This document shows, in pieces, positions 1-8,721 of a stretch of 64,000 nucleotides of DNA (within the stretch, counting starts at the first letter, position 1; each line of letters begins with the position of its first letter). Source of the stretch: an uncultured Fibrobacter sp. GTDB lineage: Bacteria > Fibrobacterota > Fibrobacteria > Fibrobacterales > Fibrobacteraceae. The stretch is taken from assembly GCA_947165045.1 (NCBI GenBank), contig CAMUYW010000003.1:17185-81184 (forward strand), in the 5' to 3' direction. The translations under genes and the position numbers were made by a program. The notes below the pieces were generated by a model, which had not been told where the DNA came from, did no database searches, and worked only from the letters and a program-made list of their open reading frames with translations.

Positions 1-2
1 TC

Positions 3-1217
3 TCTTATACCATTGACGAAAAGGGCAAGATTCCTTCGAACGAAGAAGGCGACAGAGGCTACCTCGTGACCTACACTTACACCAACAAGTATGGCAACTC
101 TGCTGACAAGTCGGTGTTCATGGTGCTTGACAAGCGTGGCCCGATTGTGAAGATTAATTCTCCGTCTGATGGTGAGGTGGTCTTTGCTAACTTCGTCGAT
201 GTGGATTGGTGCATTGCTGTCGATGGTGACGAAAAGAACTGCGTCAAGCAAGATACTTTGAATTTCCAGAGCCTCAATGCTGGTTTGAATACTATCAAGC
301 GTATTTACCGTGACAAGGCTGGTAACGAAACTATCGCTACGGTTGATGTCATGATGAAGAAGGCTAAGGACATTAACGTCAATCTTGAAAAGCCGATGAT
401 TATCGTTTCGATTGACTCGGTGAACAAGTACTACGAAAATAACCCGCCTGAAAAGGATCAGAAGTATGCTGTCACGCTCTTGAATCCGAAGACTCAGAAG
501 GAAGAAGAGGTGGTTAAGGGCTTCAAGAAGGAAACGAAGAAGGGCTCTGGCGATGAACCGTACCCGGGTTACGATGGTCACATTGGTCCGACGATTAAGG
601 TCGACATGAAGGTGCCTGTTGTAAGTGCTGTGGGTGGCCTCGCTACTTTGGACGATATCGTTATTAACGGTAATCAGATTGCTTTGGAAGGCGTCGATGC
701 TGACAATAGTGAAAAGATTTCTGTTGATGAATACGTCGAAAAGTACTGCTCTTCTGAATTCAGAGAAGAGCTGGGTAAGGATTACAGCAAGGCTATGCTC
801 TACGAAACCAACGTTCGTGTAACACTTTGGTTCTACACGACTGGCGGTCAGTTTGTTGACAAGTATCGTTATGATTTCGATATCGACAATCCTGATTTTG
901 TTGACAAGGCTGGTCTTGTGAAGTCGTTCTTCGAAATGAAACCGGATATTAACGGTGAATTGAGAGACAAGTCTGGTCGTCTCTACGGTACTGGCCCGTA
1001 TATCGTAAAGGTCAATGTCGATATCCGTTCTAAGCAGCGTTGCGTTGTCCCGCCGATTGGCAAGTCCAAGATTGGTGATGTCATCAAGTCCAGCGACGAA
1101 ATGCTGAAGCGCTTCGGTTACAGACGTCCGGTGCTTCGCGGAAACGAAAAGTCTTCTGAATCTTCCAAGAAAGAAGATAAGAAGGATGACAAGAAGTCCG
1201 ACGAAAAGAAAAAGTAA
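3..1217 (+). CDS. 3' part of a large secreted/surface protein with Ig-like modules and a Fibrobacter-type basic C-terminal domain (partial; starts before the window)
   Basis: The frame is open from the window edge (SYTIDEKGKIP...). Contains Ig-like 'LDKRGPIVKINSP...YRDKAGN' modules and the C-terminal motif FY-x3-GQFV...GRLYGTGPYIVK...KRFGYRR, shared with four other proteins in the window. Confidence 0.8.
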   Translation, partial: SYTIDEKGKIPSNEEGDRGYLVTYTYTNKYGNSADKSVFMVLDKRGPIVKINSPSDGEVVFANFVDVDWCIAVDGDEKNCVKQDTLNFQSLNAGLNTIKRIYRDKAGNETIATVDVMMKKAKDINVNLEKPMIIVSIDSVNKYYENNPPEKDQKYAVTLLNPKTQKEEEVVKGFKKETKKGSGDEPYPGYDGHIGPTIKVDMKVPVVSAVGGLATLDDIVINGNQIALEGVDADNSEKISVDEYVEKYCSSEFREELGKDYSKAMLYETNVRVTLWFYTTGGQFVDKYRYDFDIDNPDFVDKAGLVKSFFEMKPDINGELRDKSGRLYGTGPYIVKVNVDIRSKQRCVVPPIGKSKIGDVIKSSDEMLKRFGYRRPVLRGNEKSSESSKKEDKKDDKKSDEKKK

Positions 1218-1233
1218 TTCTTGATTTAAAGTG

Positions 1234-1270
1234 AGAAAATCCCGAGCACCGCTCGGGATTTTCTATTTTT
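1234..1270 (+). terminator. Intrinsic terminator
   Basis: AGAAAATCCCGAGC-ACC-GCTCGGGATTTTCT hairpin followed by a T-rich run, just after the stop at 1217. Confidence 0.75.
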
Positions 1271-1290
1271 GCATAAAAACGAGGTTTTAT

Positions 1291-1617
1291 ATGGGTATTG
1301 AAGAACGTTCTACATTAGTTTTTGCAAGCGGTGTTGGCCGTATCAAAGAAGAAAAATTGAAGGCCTCGCGTCCGCAGGGCGACGGTGTTGTTCGCATTAT
1401 GCTAAAGCGTCTTGGCGGTGGCAAAATGGCCAGTGTTGTTTCGGGAATCCCCATGGATGAAGATGAACTCAAGGAACTAGCTCGTACTTTAAAGCAAAAG
1501 TGCGGTGTGGGTGGTTCCGTCAAGGATTTTAATATCGAAATTCAGGGAGACAAACGCAACGTGCTCAAGGCTGAACTCGAAAAGAAAGGCTATACGGTAA
1601 AGCTTGCTGGCGGCTAA
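1291..1617 (+). CDS. yciH: Translation initiation factor SUI1/eIF1-like protein YciH
   Basis: GGKMASVVSG...LKQKCGVGGSVKD..IEIQGD...KLAGG is the SUI1 signature. The ATG at 1291 follows GAGG, so it is preferred over the ORF-track start at 1231. Confidence 0.9.
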   Translation: MGIEERSTLVFASGVGRIKEEKLKASRPQGDGVVRIMLKRLGGGKMASVVSGIPMDEDELKELARTLKQKCGVGGSVKDFNIEIQGDKRNVLKAELEKKGYTVKLAGG

Positions 1618-1716
1618 ACGAATGATTATGTGTTTTGGTTCACGTTCTGAACATTTTCTCACAAATTCCGACAAAAAAAAGTAAATTTATCGTAAGAAAA
1701 TAAATAGCGAGGTCTT

Positions 1717-3072
1717 ATGTCTTGGCATCGGTCTTTATCTTGTTTTTTACTTGCGACAATAGCAACATGTGCTTTTGCAGCACCCAAGGCGGGTATTGTC
1801 AGCATCGTTGTTCCTGATGCGTTTAAGAGTGCCAAAAGCTGTGCTGACGACGCTGAATGGAAACCGGCTAAGTATAATCAAAAATTTGACCAGAAGAACT
1901 GTTTTAAAACGCACGATGGCGGTTCAATCACGTTAACGTTGAAGGGCGATAACAGCACGCTCACCATCGGTGAAAATTCTATAGTCAGTGTCGATACTCT
2001 TATTGAAGACGACGGAATGGGGAACTTCATTATAAAGCCTCAAATCCAAAAGGGATATATGGGCTTTAATGTGGAAAAGAATAAGGGCAATAATGTGGAT
2101 TTTGCCACGGGTACAGCGGCTGCTTCGATTCGCGGTACGGAAGGCTTTATCGGCGGAAACGACTGGGCCTTTTTTGGTAGCCTTAAACACGGGTCGTTGG
2201 CAATTCAGCCAAATATTGCCTCTGGTCATGGTGAGTTTATGATTGGCGATGGTGAAACTGCAATCGGTAATAAGAGAGATCTCGTTTCCTTGCCTCTCAA
2301 GTCGTCTGGTGATATGGGTTTTGCTAAAATCATGAACAAGATTATTGCCGATTCAACGTTGACTTTGGAAGAGTTGTTGAATGCGGCTTTATCGGCTGAT
2401 GAAGATTATCAGAAATTACTGGCTTCTGATACGGCTGCACAGGCTCCGGCAGATACGGCTAAAAAAGAAAAAGTTGAAGAAACTGTGGCATTGAAAGTTC
2501 CGCAAGTCAAGTATTCCTCTTACGATTCCCTGCGCTGTGTGGCAAATGTTTCTGTAGCGAGTGTTCAACAGGGCTCCGAAGCGCGTTTGTCTGCGGTGAT
2601 GGATGGAACTCCGATTTCAGAAATTGCTGTAAAGCGCGATATGCCTAAGCGTGTTGCTCTGCGTAGCGGAGTCCATGAATATGAATTTGTTGTGGAAAAT
2701 GCTGCGGGTCGCAATAGTGTCAAAAAGACCTTGGGCTGCTATCCTATGAAACCATTCTCGATTAAGGTTTATGGCAAAAAACATGAGGAAATCCAGATTC
2801 CGCCAGCTCCTCCAGGAGCTGATAGCACTATCATGGAAACGTTGCAGTTCCAGATCCGCGTACCTGAGTATGACCCAAGTTTCTTGAATAAAGTAACTAT
2901 TCGCCAAGATGGTAAAGTCATTTTGCAGGAACGTCTCTCGCAAATTCAGAACCTTGATTATCAAATCCCTGTAGAACTGAAGCGGAGCCACAAAAATCGC
3001 TTTGATATTGAAGTTATCCATAAGAGTGGTTACGCTGTGAAGACGAATAAAGTTTATGAGGTGAAGAAATGA
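1717..3072 (+). CDS. Secreted FecR-domain protein with C-terminal Ig-like region
   Basis: Signal peptide ending AFA; FecR-like motifs 'T.DGG...L...D.S...IGENS' and 'TGTAAASIRGTEG'; GAGGT RBS. Confidence 0.65.
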   Translation: MSWHRSLSCFLLATIATCAFAAPKAGIVSIVVPDAFKSAKSCADDAEWKPAKYNQKFDQKNCFKTHDGGSITLTLKGDNSTLTIGENSIVSVDTLIEDDGMGNFIIKPQIQKGYMGFNVEKNKGNNVDFATGTAAASIRGTEGFIGGNDWAFFGSLKHGSLAIQPNIASGHGEFMIGDGETAIGNKRDLVSLPLKSSGDMGFAKIMNKIIADSTLTLEELLNAALSADEDYQKLLASDTAAQAPADTAKKEKVEETVALKVPQVKYSSYDSLRCVANVSVASVQQGSEARLSAVMDGTPISEIAVKRDMPKRVALRSGVHEYEFVVENAAGRNSVKKTLGCYPMKPFSIKVYGKKHEEIQIPPAPPGADSTIMETLQFQIRVPEYDPSFLNKVTIRQDGKVILQERLSQIQNLDYQIPVELKRSHKNRFDIEVIHKSGYAVKTNKVYEVKK

Positions 3073-5384
3073 TTTTACGTGGGCTCGCTCTGGCTTCTGT
3101 TTTGGCGATTCCTGCATTCGCCCAGTCTACAGTCGATTCGGCTGATGCGAAGGCTTCGGAATCATGGTCGGTAAACGGTTCTGTCAGTGCTGAATTTGGT
3201 TACCATTCCGTTGTGACTGAAAAGAACGAAACCGACTCAGTCTTTGTGAATGGCAAGGATGAAATTTTACCAGGGAAAAAGTATCGAAACTATTTTCAGG
3301 TCCCGGGCTTTTATGGCGGTTGGAATGCGTTTGTTCAAATGCAGTCTCCAACGGGGAAGAAAATAGAATTTTCTATGGATGTCTCTCATGATGCTTGGAA
3401 TCATTTCGATCCGAAATATGTTCAGGCATCGTACGAAGACCGCTTCCAGAAACTTATCTTGGGTGATTTCTTTATTTCTGGCGGCGAGCTTTATTTCTCG
3501 GGCGTCGATGTTCTGGGTGCCAGTTATGATTTTAATTTAAATGTGAATCGCGCTCAAAAAGATCCTTTGCTCGTGTTTAGTGTTTTTGGTGGTGAAGCGC
3601 AGGCCCCGAAGCTTCCTGGTGTAAGAGATCCGGATCAGTATAACTGGTATATTGGATATGACGAAGTTGAAGCTCAAAAGATGCTTTTGGGCGGCAAGGT
3701 TCTTTTGAACGCTACGAACAATTTTAATGTGACCGTGGGATTTGTCGGCAGTAAGGATTATTTGGAAGATCCTTTCTTACGTGATGGTACTAAGAGTGAT
3801 GTAAATCTTTCTAATCCGATGTTTTCTTCGAGAACGTTCTTTGGCGAATTTAACGGAACCGTTCTTGGTGGGCGCGGAACGTATAATTTGCAACTTGGTT
3901 TTGGTGGAGCCGATACGGTAAACGTTGTTGCACATCGTGCTGTGAATGCCATTTTTGAGGAAGCTGGGCTAGATGTGTCTCGCTTTGCTCAATTGCGCCG
4001 CTTGATGAATAATCCATCGTCTGTGAATGCTATGGGCCGCGATGAACTGGAACTTATTTTTGGTGACAATACGGACTTGAACGTGGATGAAATGCGTAGT
4101 GAGTTGACTCGCATTTTAAAGCTGGCGCAGGAAGCGTTGAAAAAGCGTCGTGATAATGAAAAAGACGATCCGACGGATTGGACTGCTCAAAATCTGGCGT
4201 TGTCTGGCTCTTATAATTGGAAGCGTAATTCAACGATGATTGATGCGTACTTCCGTTTTGTAGGCCGTAATTACTATAGTGCTGGTTCTCCGGATCTGTT
4301 GCAGAATTCTCGACAGTTGGGTGCTAAGTTAGAACAAGATATCAAAAAATTCTGGAAGTTGAACTTGGGCTATGAATTGAATATCGAAAATGCATCGGGT
4401 CGTGGGGATGCGTATAACGTATTTGGTTTTGCCGAGGGGTCCAAGCTTGGGCTTTTGCCGGGCGCCGATGACGATTGGCTTAAAGAGCATGAACAGGACG
4501 CTTATAGAACGCTCTATATTCATGATTTTGATTTTAGAAACACGTTTAAATTGCGCGATTCTATCGAAATTTTTGCGCGTTATGCTTTGAACTATCGCAC
4601 GCGTAGCACTTCGCAGAGACTCTACGGTAATTTCTTTGCTTCTTCGGGAATTTATTCGGATTCCTGGTTTGAATGCCAAAATGGTAAGCCGACGGTTGAA
4701 GTGGATACGGGCAAAGGTTCGATTCAGATGGATTCTGCTCGCTATGCGCAGTATGCTGCTTTGCAAGATGAACCCTATTTGGCAACTCAGTTTGAAGAAC
4801 GCTTGCTAAAACACACCGTAGAACTTGCGGCGACAATCAAGTTCCCGAAGAATGTGTTGAAAATAGGTGGCGTTTGGACATACCGTACAGATTTGTCGAA
4901 GTTCAATCAAGATGATTTGCTGGATGATTTTGATTTCTCTGACGAAACATATGGAATTCTTGGTTATTACTTCCATGGAGGTGATTATCTTGATGCTCGC
5001 TATCCGATTTCTCTTACCACAACGCTTGATCGAGTGCGTAATACTGTAGCTATTACGCCAAGGTTTAGACTTTACAACCGCAATGATGTAAGTGAATTTG
5101 AATGGAACCTTTTGGATAACGCTTCGATTCAGTTGAATCCGGGCTTCCTTGATCTTTTGCTTCATGGAAACATTCGTCAGAATTTTATGAGCCGTAAAGA
5201 AGAAGGCAAAAGTGTTGACGAAATGGAAATGGACATGGATTTTTCCGCAGGCTTGAAATTCCAATGGACGGAAAAACTCAGCACAGAGTTGACTGCAGGT
5301 GCATTCTTTAATTATCGTCCGGACAATGCCTCTGAAGATTACAGAGATATTTACGGCTCGATTTCTGTGAATTACGATTTCTAG
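3069..5384 (+). CDS. Putative outer-membrane beta-barrel protein
   Basis: Signal peptide (IPAFA), alternating aromatic/hydrophobic strands, C-terminal 'ISVNYDF' BAM-type ending. ATGA overlap with the upstream gene. Confidence 0.6.
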   Translation: MILRGLALASVLAIPAFAQSTVDSADAKASESWSVNGSVSAEFGYHSVVTEKNETDSVFVNGKDEILPGKKYRNYFQVPGFYGGWNAFVQMQSPTGKKIEFSMDVSHDAWNHFDPKYVQASYEDRFQKLILGDFFISGGELYFSGVDVLGASYDFNLNVNRAQKDPLLVFSVFGGEAQAPKLPGVRDPDQYNWYIGYDEVEAQKMLLGGKVLLNATNNFNVTVGFVGSKDYLEDPFLRDGTKSDVNLSNPMFSSRTFFGEFNGTVLGGRGTYNLQLGFGGADTVNVVAHRAVNAIFEEAGLDVSRFAQLRRLMNNPSSVNAMGRDELELIFGDNTDLNVDEMRSELTRILKLAQEALKKRRDNEKDDPTDWTAQNLALSGSYNWKRNSTMIDAYFRFVGRNYYSAGSPDLLQNSRQLGAKLEQDIKKFWKLNLGYELNIENASGRGDAYNVFGFAEGSKLGLLPGADDDWLKEHEQDAYRTLYIHDFDFRNTFKLRDSIEIFARYALNYRTRSTSQRLYGNFFASSGIYSDSWFECQNGKPTVEVDTGKGSIQMDSARYAQYAALQDEPYLATQFEERLLKHTVELAATIKFPKNVLKIGGVWTYRTDLSKFNQDDLLDDFDFSDETYGILGYYFHGGDYLDARYPISLTTTLDRVRNTVAITPRFRLYNRNDVSEFEWNLLDNASIQLNPGFLDLLLHGNIRQNFMSRKEEGKSVDEMEMDMDFSAGLKFQWTEKLSTELTAGAFFNYRPDNASEDYRDIYGSISVNYDF

Positions 5385-5385
5385 T

Positions 5386-6213
5386 ATGCATATCGGATGT
5401 CATTTGTCCTCAACGGGCGGCTTTTTAGCGATGGGCGAGACTGCGGTCGCTATTGGTGCCGATACGTTTCAGTTCTTTACGCGTAATCCGCGTGGTGGTG
5501 CTGCAAAGCCTTTTGACAAAGCGGATGCCGAAGCTTTGAATTCGTTTATGGACGCGCATAGCTTTGCGCCAATTTTGGCGCATGCTCCTTACACGCTGAA
5601 CGCCTGTGCTGCGGATCCGTCGCTTCGGCAGTATGCGCAAGATGTGATGAAGGACGATTTGTTCCGCATGGACCATTTCCCGCGGGCAATGTACAATTTC
5701 CACCCTGGTAGTCATGTGAAGCAAGGTGCCGAAGTGGGAATAGAGCTCATTGCGGATCACCTCAATGCGATTTTGCGGACCGACCTGAAAACGAAAGTGC
5801 TGTTGGAAACGATGGCGGGGAAGGGGTCCGAAGTCGGGCGTACGTTCGAGGAATTGCGTGCGATAATAGACCGTGTGGAACTGAATGAAAAGGTTGGCGT
5901 GTGTTTGGATACGTGCCACGTTTTTGATGGCGGTTACGATATCGTGAACCATTTGGACGATGTGCTTGAAACATTCGACAAGGTGATTGGCATTAAGCGC
6001 TTGTGTGCTGTTCATTTGAACGATAGCAAGAATCCGTTGGGAAGCCATAAAGACCGTCACGAGGTTATCGGTGGTGGTTTTATTGGACTTGATGCGCTTG
6101 TGAATGTCGTAAATCATCCGGCGCTGAAGGGTTTGCCGTTCTATTTGGAGACCCCAAATGAATTGCCTGGCTATGCTGCCGAAATAGCCTTGATGCGCAG
6201 TAAGGAACGATAA
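5386..6213 (+). CDS. nfo: Endonuclease IV (AP endonuclease)
   Basis: [50 protein letters not shown] and LETP motifs. Confidence 0.95.
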   Translation: MHIGCHLSSTGGFLAMGETAVAIGADTFQFFTRNPRGGAAKPFDKADAEALNSFMDAHSFAPILAHAPYTLNACAADPSLRQYAQDVMKDDLFRMDHFPRAMYNFHPGSHVKQGAEVGIELIADHLNAILRTDLKTKVLLETMAGKGSEVGRTFEELRAIIDRVELNEKVGVCLDTCHVFDGGYDIVNHLDDVLETFDKVIGIKRLCAVHLNDSKNPLGSHKDRHEVIGGGFIGLDALVNVVNHPALKGLPFYLETPNELPGYAAEIALMRSKER

Positions 6214-6241
6214 AAAAGTTCAAATTTTTTATGCGTTAGCC

Positions 6242-6272
6242 TTGACAACGTGATCGAAAACATCTATATTTG
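6242..6272 (+). promoter_or_regulatory. Sigma70-type promoter of tRNA-Asn copy 1
   Basis: TTGACA (6242-6247), 17-bp spacer, TATATT (6265-6270), then a GC-rich discriminator-like GAGCGCGTC. Confidence 0.75.
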
Positions 6273-6319
6273 AGCGCGTCGGTTAGAATCTTCTAAAGAC
6301 TCTTGAATTGACAAAATGA

Positions 6320-6392
6320 TGCTTCATAGCTCAGTTGGTAGAGCCCGCGACTGTTAATCGCGTTGTCCTTGGTTCGAGTCCAAGTGAAGCAG
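6320..6392 (+). tRNA. tRNA-Asn (GTT), copy 1; CCA not encoded
   Basis: Acceptor TGCTTCA/TGAAGCA, D arm GCTC-AGTTGGTA-GAGC, anticodon arm CGCGA-CTGTTAA-TCGCG, T arm CTTGG-TTCGAGT-CCAAG. Confidence 0.96.
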
Positions 6393-6395
6393 CTG

Positions 6396-6427
6396 AAAAA
6401 GCCTCGGTCTTTGACCGGGGCTTTTTC
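6396..6427 (+). terminator. Intrinsic terminator after tRNA-Asn copy 1
   Basis: AAAAAGCCTCGGTC-TTT-GACCGGGGCTTTTT hairpin. Confidence 0.8.
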
Positions 6428-6431
6428 GTTT

Positions 6432-6507
6432 AGATCCCCGCTTGCGCGGGGATGACATGTTCGCGAGACTGGATTTGAATCGTCACCCTCGCGGAGGCGA
6501 GGGTCCA
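6432..6507. repeat. Pair of REP-like GTCA-tagged palindromes
   Basis: 6432-6457 reads TGTCATCCCCGCGCAAGCGGGGATCT on the minus strand; 6481-6507 reads CGTCACCCTCGCGGAGGCGAGGGTCCA on the plus strand. Confidence 0.65.
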
Positions 6508-6537
6508 TTATTTTTACACTTTATTCGGGGTGATGTC

Positions 6538-6567
6538 TTGACAGATAAAATGGTTTATCTATATTTG
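6538..6567 (+). promoter_or_regulatory. Sigma70-type promoter of tRNA-Asn copy 2
   Basis: TTGACA (6538-6543), 16-bp spacer, TATATT (6560-6565), then GTGCGCGTC. Confidence 0.7.
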
Positions 6568-6614
6568 TGCGCGTCGGTTGGAATCCCCTAAAGATTCTTG
6601 AATTGACAAAATGA

Positions 6615-6687
6615 TGCTTCATAGCTCAGTTGGTAGAGCCCGCGACTGTTAATCGCGTTGTCCTTGGTTCGAGTCCAAGTGAAGCAG
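6615..6687 (+). tRNA. tRNA-Asn (GTT), copy 2; identical to copy 1
   Basis: Same 73-nt cloverleaf as 6320-6392. Confidence 0.96.
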
Positions 6688-6690
6688 CTG

Positions 6691-6722
6691 AAAAAGCCTC
6701 GGTCTTTGACCGGGGCTTTTTC
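6691..6722 (+). terminator. Intrinsic terminator after tRNA-Asn copy 2
   Basis: Hairpin identical to 6396-6427. Confidence 0.8.
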
Positions 6723-6731
6723 GTGTTTTAC

Positions 6732-6806
6732 GGTCACCCCGGATTCATTCTGGGGGCGGCCTCTTTGTAATGAACGCCAATGCCGGAACGGAGTCCGGCA
6801 TTGACA
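6732..6806. repeat. Pair of degenerate REP-like GTCA-tagged palindromes
   Basis: GGTCACCCCGGA-TTCAT-TCTGGGG (plus, 6732-6756) and TGTCAATGCCGGA-CTCCGT-TCCGGCATT (minus, 6779-6806). Confidence 0.5.
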
Positions 6807-6830
6807 ATGTAGTGGCGAGAGGCTAGAGCG

Positions 6831-7703
6831 TTACCGGCTAACCGGCGACCAGCGCCTTTTGAAGCGGGGCTCGTCGATGACTTTGCCCCAGATAAATCCA
6901 CGGCGGACGCTTTCCCGGCTTATCGAGCGTACGGCGGTACGTTTGGTAAGCGGGTCTGCAATCTCGCTAGAATCAGTCGTGTAGCCGTTTTCGAGGTCGC
7001 GTTGGCGTGATGCTGCCGCGGCCTCTTCGCGGGCTTTACGGGCACGTTCCTCGAGAATCTTCAGCTGGCTTTGCTTGTCGTTTGCTGCCGGGCTCGTGGC
7101 GCTTGCTGGGGCGGCCATGACGTTCGGTCCAGGCTTGCTAACGGTTCCTTTCTGTTCGCGCATGAACAGATTGTTTAGTTCCGTAACGTCGTGAACGAGA
7201 ACGTCGTGCTCGCCATTACCCATGTCGCGGCCGATGACCCGAAGCTTTTCGAGCTCGTTGAGCGTTGAAATAGCTTCGCCTTCAGTCATCTCGAATTCTT
7301 CCATAAGGTATTCGGCGTCGACAACGTCGGATAGGATGACTTCTTCGGCTAGTTCGCGTAGAGTGTGCGGTAGATATGGGTCTGTTTGGTCAAATTTTAC
7401 AGGGGGTGGCGTTGGGGGCGCCATCGTTCCCTGTGCCGCTTCGCGCTGAGCCTCTTCGAATTGCTTGATGTACTCTTGCAATTTGCGGTTCGCGCTAGGT
7501 CTTGGCGGAGCTTCGCCTTCGTTTGTATTTTCTTCGTAATCCTCGTCTTCATCTACATCTTCGGATTCCAGCGTAGAATCGGTCTCAGGAGCGTTCTGCG
7601 TTTGTTGCTCCAGGGACTTCTTTTTCTTCGCTTTCGCCCGCTTGATGAGCTGGTCGATGACGACCGCGATAATGAGAAGGATTAGTTTATCAAATGAATC
7701 CAT
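6831..7703 (-). CDS. Membrane-anchored hypothetical protein (third gene of the nfeD-floA operon, YqfB-like position) with an FtsK-gamma-like segment
   Basis: N-terminal TM helix, acidic/Pro-rich linker, C-terminal 'VRRGFIWGKVIDEP' reminiscent of YqfB-type tails; lies directly downstream of floA. Confidence 0.6.
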   Translation of the reverse strand: MDSFDKLILLIIAVVIDQLIKRAKAKKKKSLEQQTQNAPETDSTLESEDVDEDEDYEENTNEGEAPPRPSANRKLQEYIKQFEEAQREAAQGTMAPPTPPPVKFDQTDPYLPHTLRELAEEVILSDVVDAEYLMEEFEMTEGEAISTLNELEKLRVIGRDMGNGEHDVLVHDVTELNNLFMREQKGTVSKPGPNVMAAPASATSPAANDKQSQLKILEERARKAREEAAAASRQRDLENGYTTDSSEIADPLTKRTAVRSISRESVRRGFIWGKVIDEPRFKRRWSPVSR

Positions 7704-7725
7704 GGGCTAAACCCTTTTGGTCAAA

Positions 7726-8700
7726 TTATTTGGAAGCTTCCGGGGCGGTGCCGATTTCCTTCCTCATCTGCGTGTCTGCTTCGATGTTCTTGAGGTTGTA
7801 GTAGTCCATGACGCCGAGCTTTCCATCGCGGAGTGCTGTTGCCATTGCCATCGGAATCTGGGCTTCGGCTTCGACGAGCTTTGCCTTCATTTCCATCACC
7901 TTTGCCTTCATTTCTTGTTCGGCTGCGAAAGCCATGGCGCGGCGTTCTTCTGCCTTTGCCTGAGCGATCTTCTTGTCGGCTTCGGCACGGTCGGTTTCAA
8001 GGATTGCACCGATGTTCTGGCCCACATCCACATCAGCGATGTCGATGGAGAGAATTTCGAATGCTGTTCCAGCGTCAAGGCCGGAGGCGAGCACCTTCTT
8101 GGAAATCATGTTCGGGTTTTCGAGCACTTCCTTGTGGCTCTGAGCAGAACCGATGGAAGACACGATGCCTTCGCCAACACGGGCGACAACCGTTTCTTCG
8201 CCGGCACCACCGACGAGTTTCTGGATGCTGGCACGCACGGTGATACGGGTGATTGCATGAAGCTGAATACCGTCGAGAGCCACTGCGGAAACCTTCGGGG
8301 TTTCGATGACCTTCGGGTTTACTGACATCTGTACGGCTTCGAGCACGTTACGGCCGGCAAGGTCAATAGCGGCCGCTTCCTTAAAGTCGAGCTTGATATT
8401 TGCCTTGTTTGCGGCGATGAGAGCCTGAATCACGCGGAGCACGTTACCGCGGGAGAGGTAGTGGGCTTCGAGCAAGTTGGTATCGACCGGGAGTCCTGCC
8501 TTGCAGCTCAAAATGCGTGCTTCGACAATCACCTGAGGCGGCACCTTTCTGAGACGCATACCGATGAGCTGGAAAATGCTCACGTTTGCCTTGGAGAACA
8601 AGGCCTGAAGCCAAAGACTAAAGAATCTGCCGATAAATGCGAGCAGAATGATGACGACGATGGCTGCTATGATAATGCCGATAATGATAAGATTATCCAT
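7726..8700 (-). CDS. floA: Flotillin-like protein FloA (YqfA/SigmaW regulon family)
   Basis: [70 protein letters not shown]. Confidence 0.93.
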   Translation of the reverse strand: MDNLIIIGIIIAAIVVIILLAFIGRFFSLWLQALFSKANVSIFQLIGMRLRKVPPQVIVEARILSCKAGLPVDTNLLEAHYLSRGNVLRVIQALIAANKANIKLDFKEAAAIDLAGRNVLEAVQMSVNPKVIETPKVSAVALDGIQLHAITRITVRASIQKLVGGAGEETVVARVGEGIVSSIGSAQSHKEVLENPNMISKKVLASGLDAGTAFEILSIDIADVDVGQNIGAILETDRAEADKKIAQAKAEERRAMAFAAEQEMKAKVMEMKAKLVEAEAQIPMAMATALRDGKLGVMDYYNLKNIEADTQMRKEIGTAPEASK

Positions 8701-8721
8701 TTGTTTTTCTCCAGTTTATGT

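Noticed and set aside
6320-6687. Duplicated tRNA as attL/attR of an integrated element
   Set aside because: Both copies are complete with their own promoter and terminator, only about 220 bp apart, and there is no integrase or cargo.
6396-6806. Clustered hairpins as a possible CRISPR array
   Set aside because: Units differ in sequence and orientation, have no regular repeat-spacer period, and no cas genes are present.
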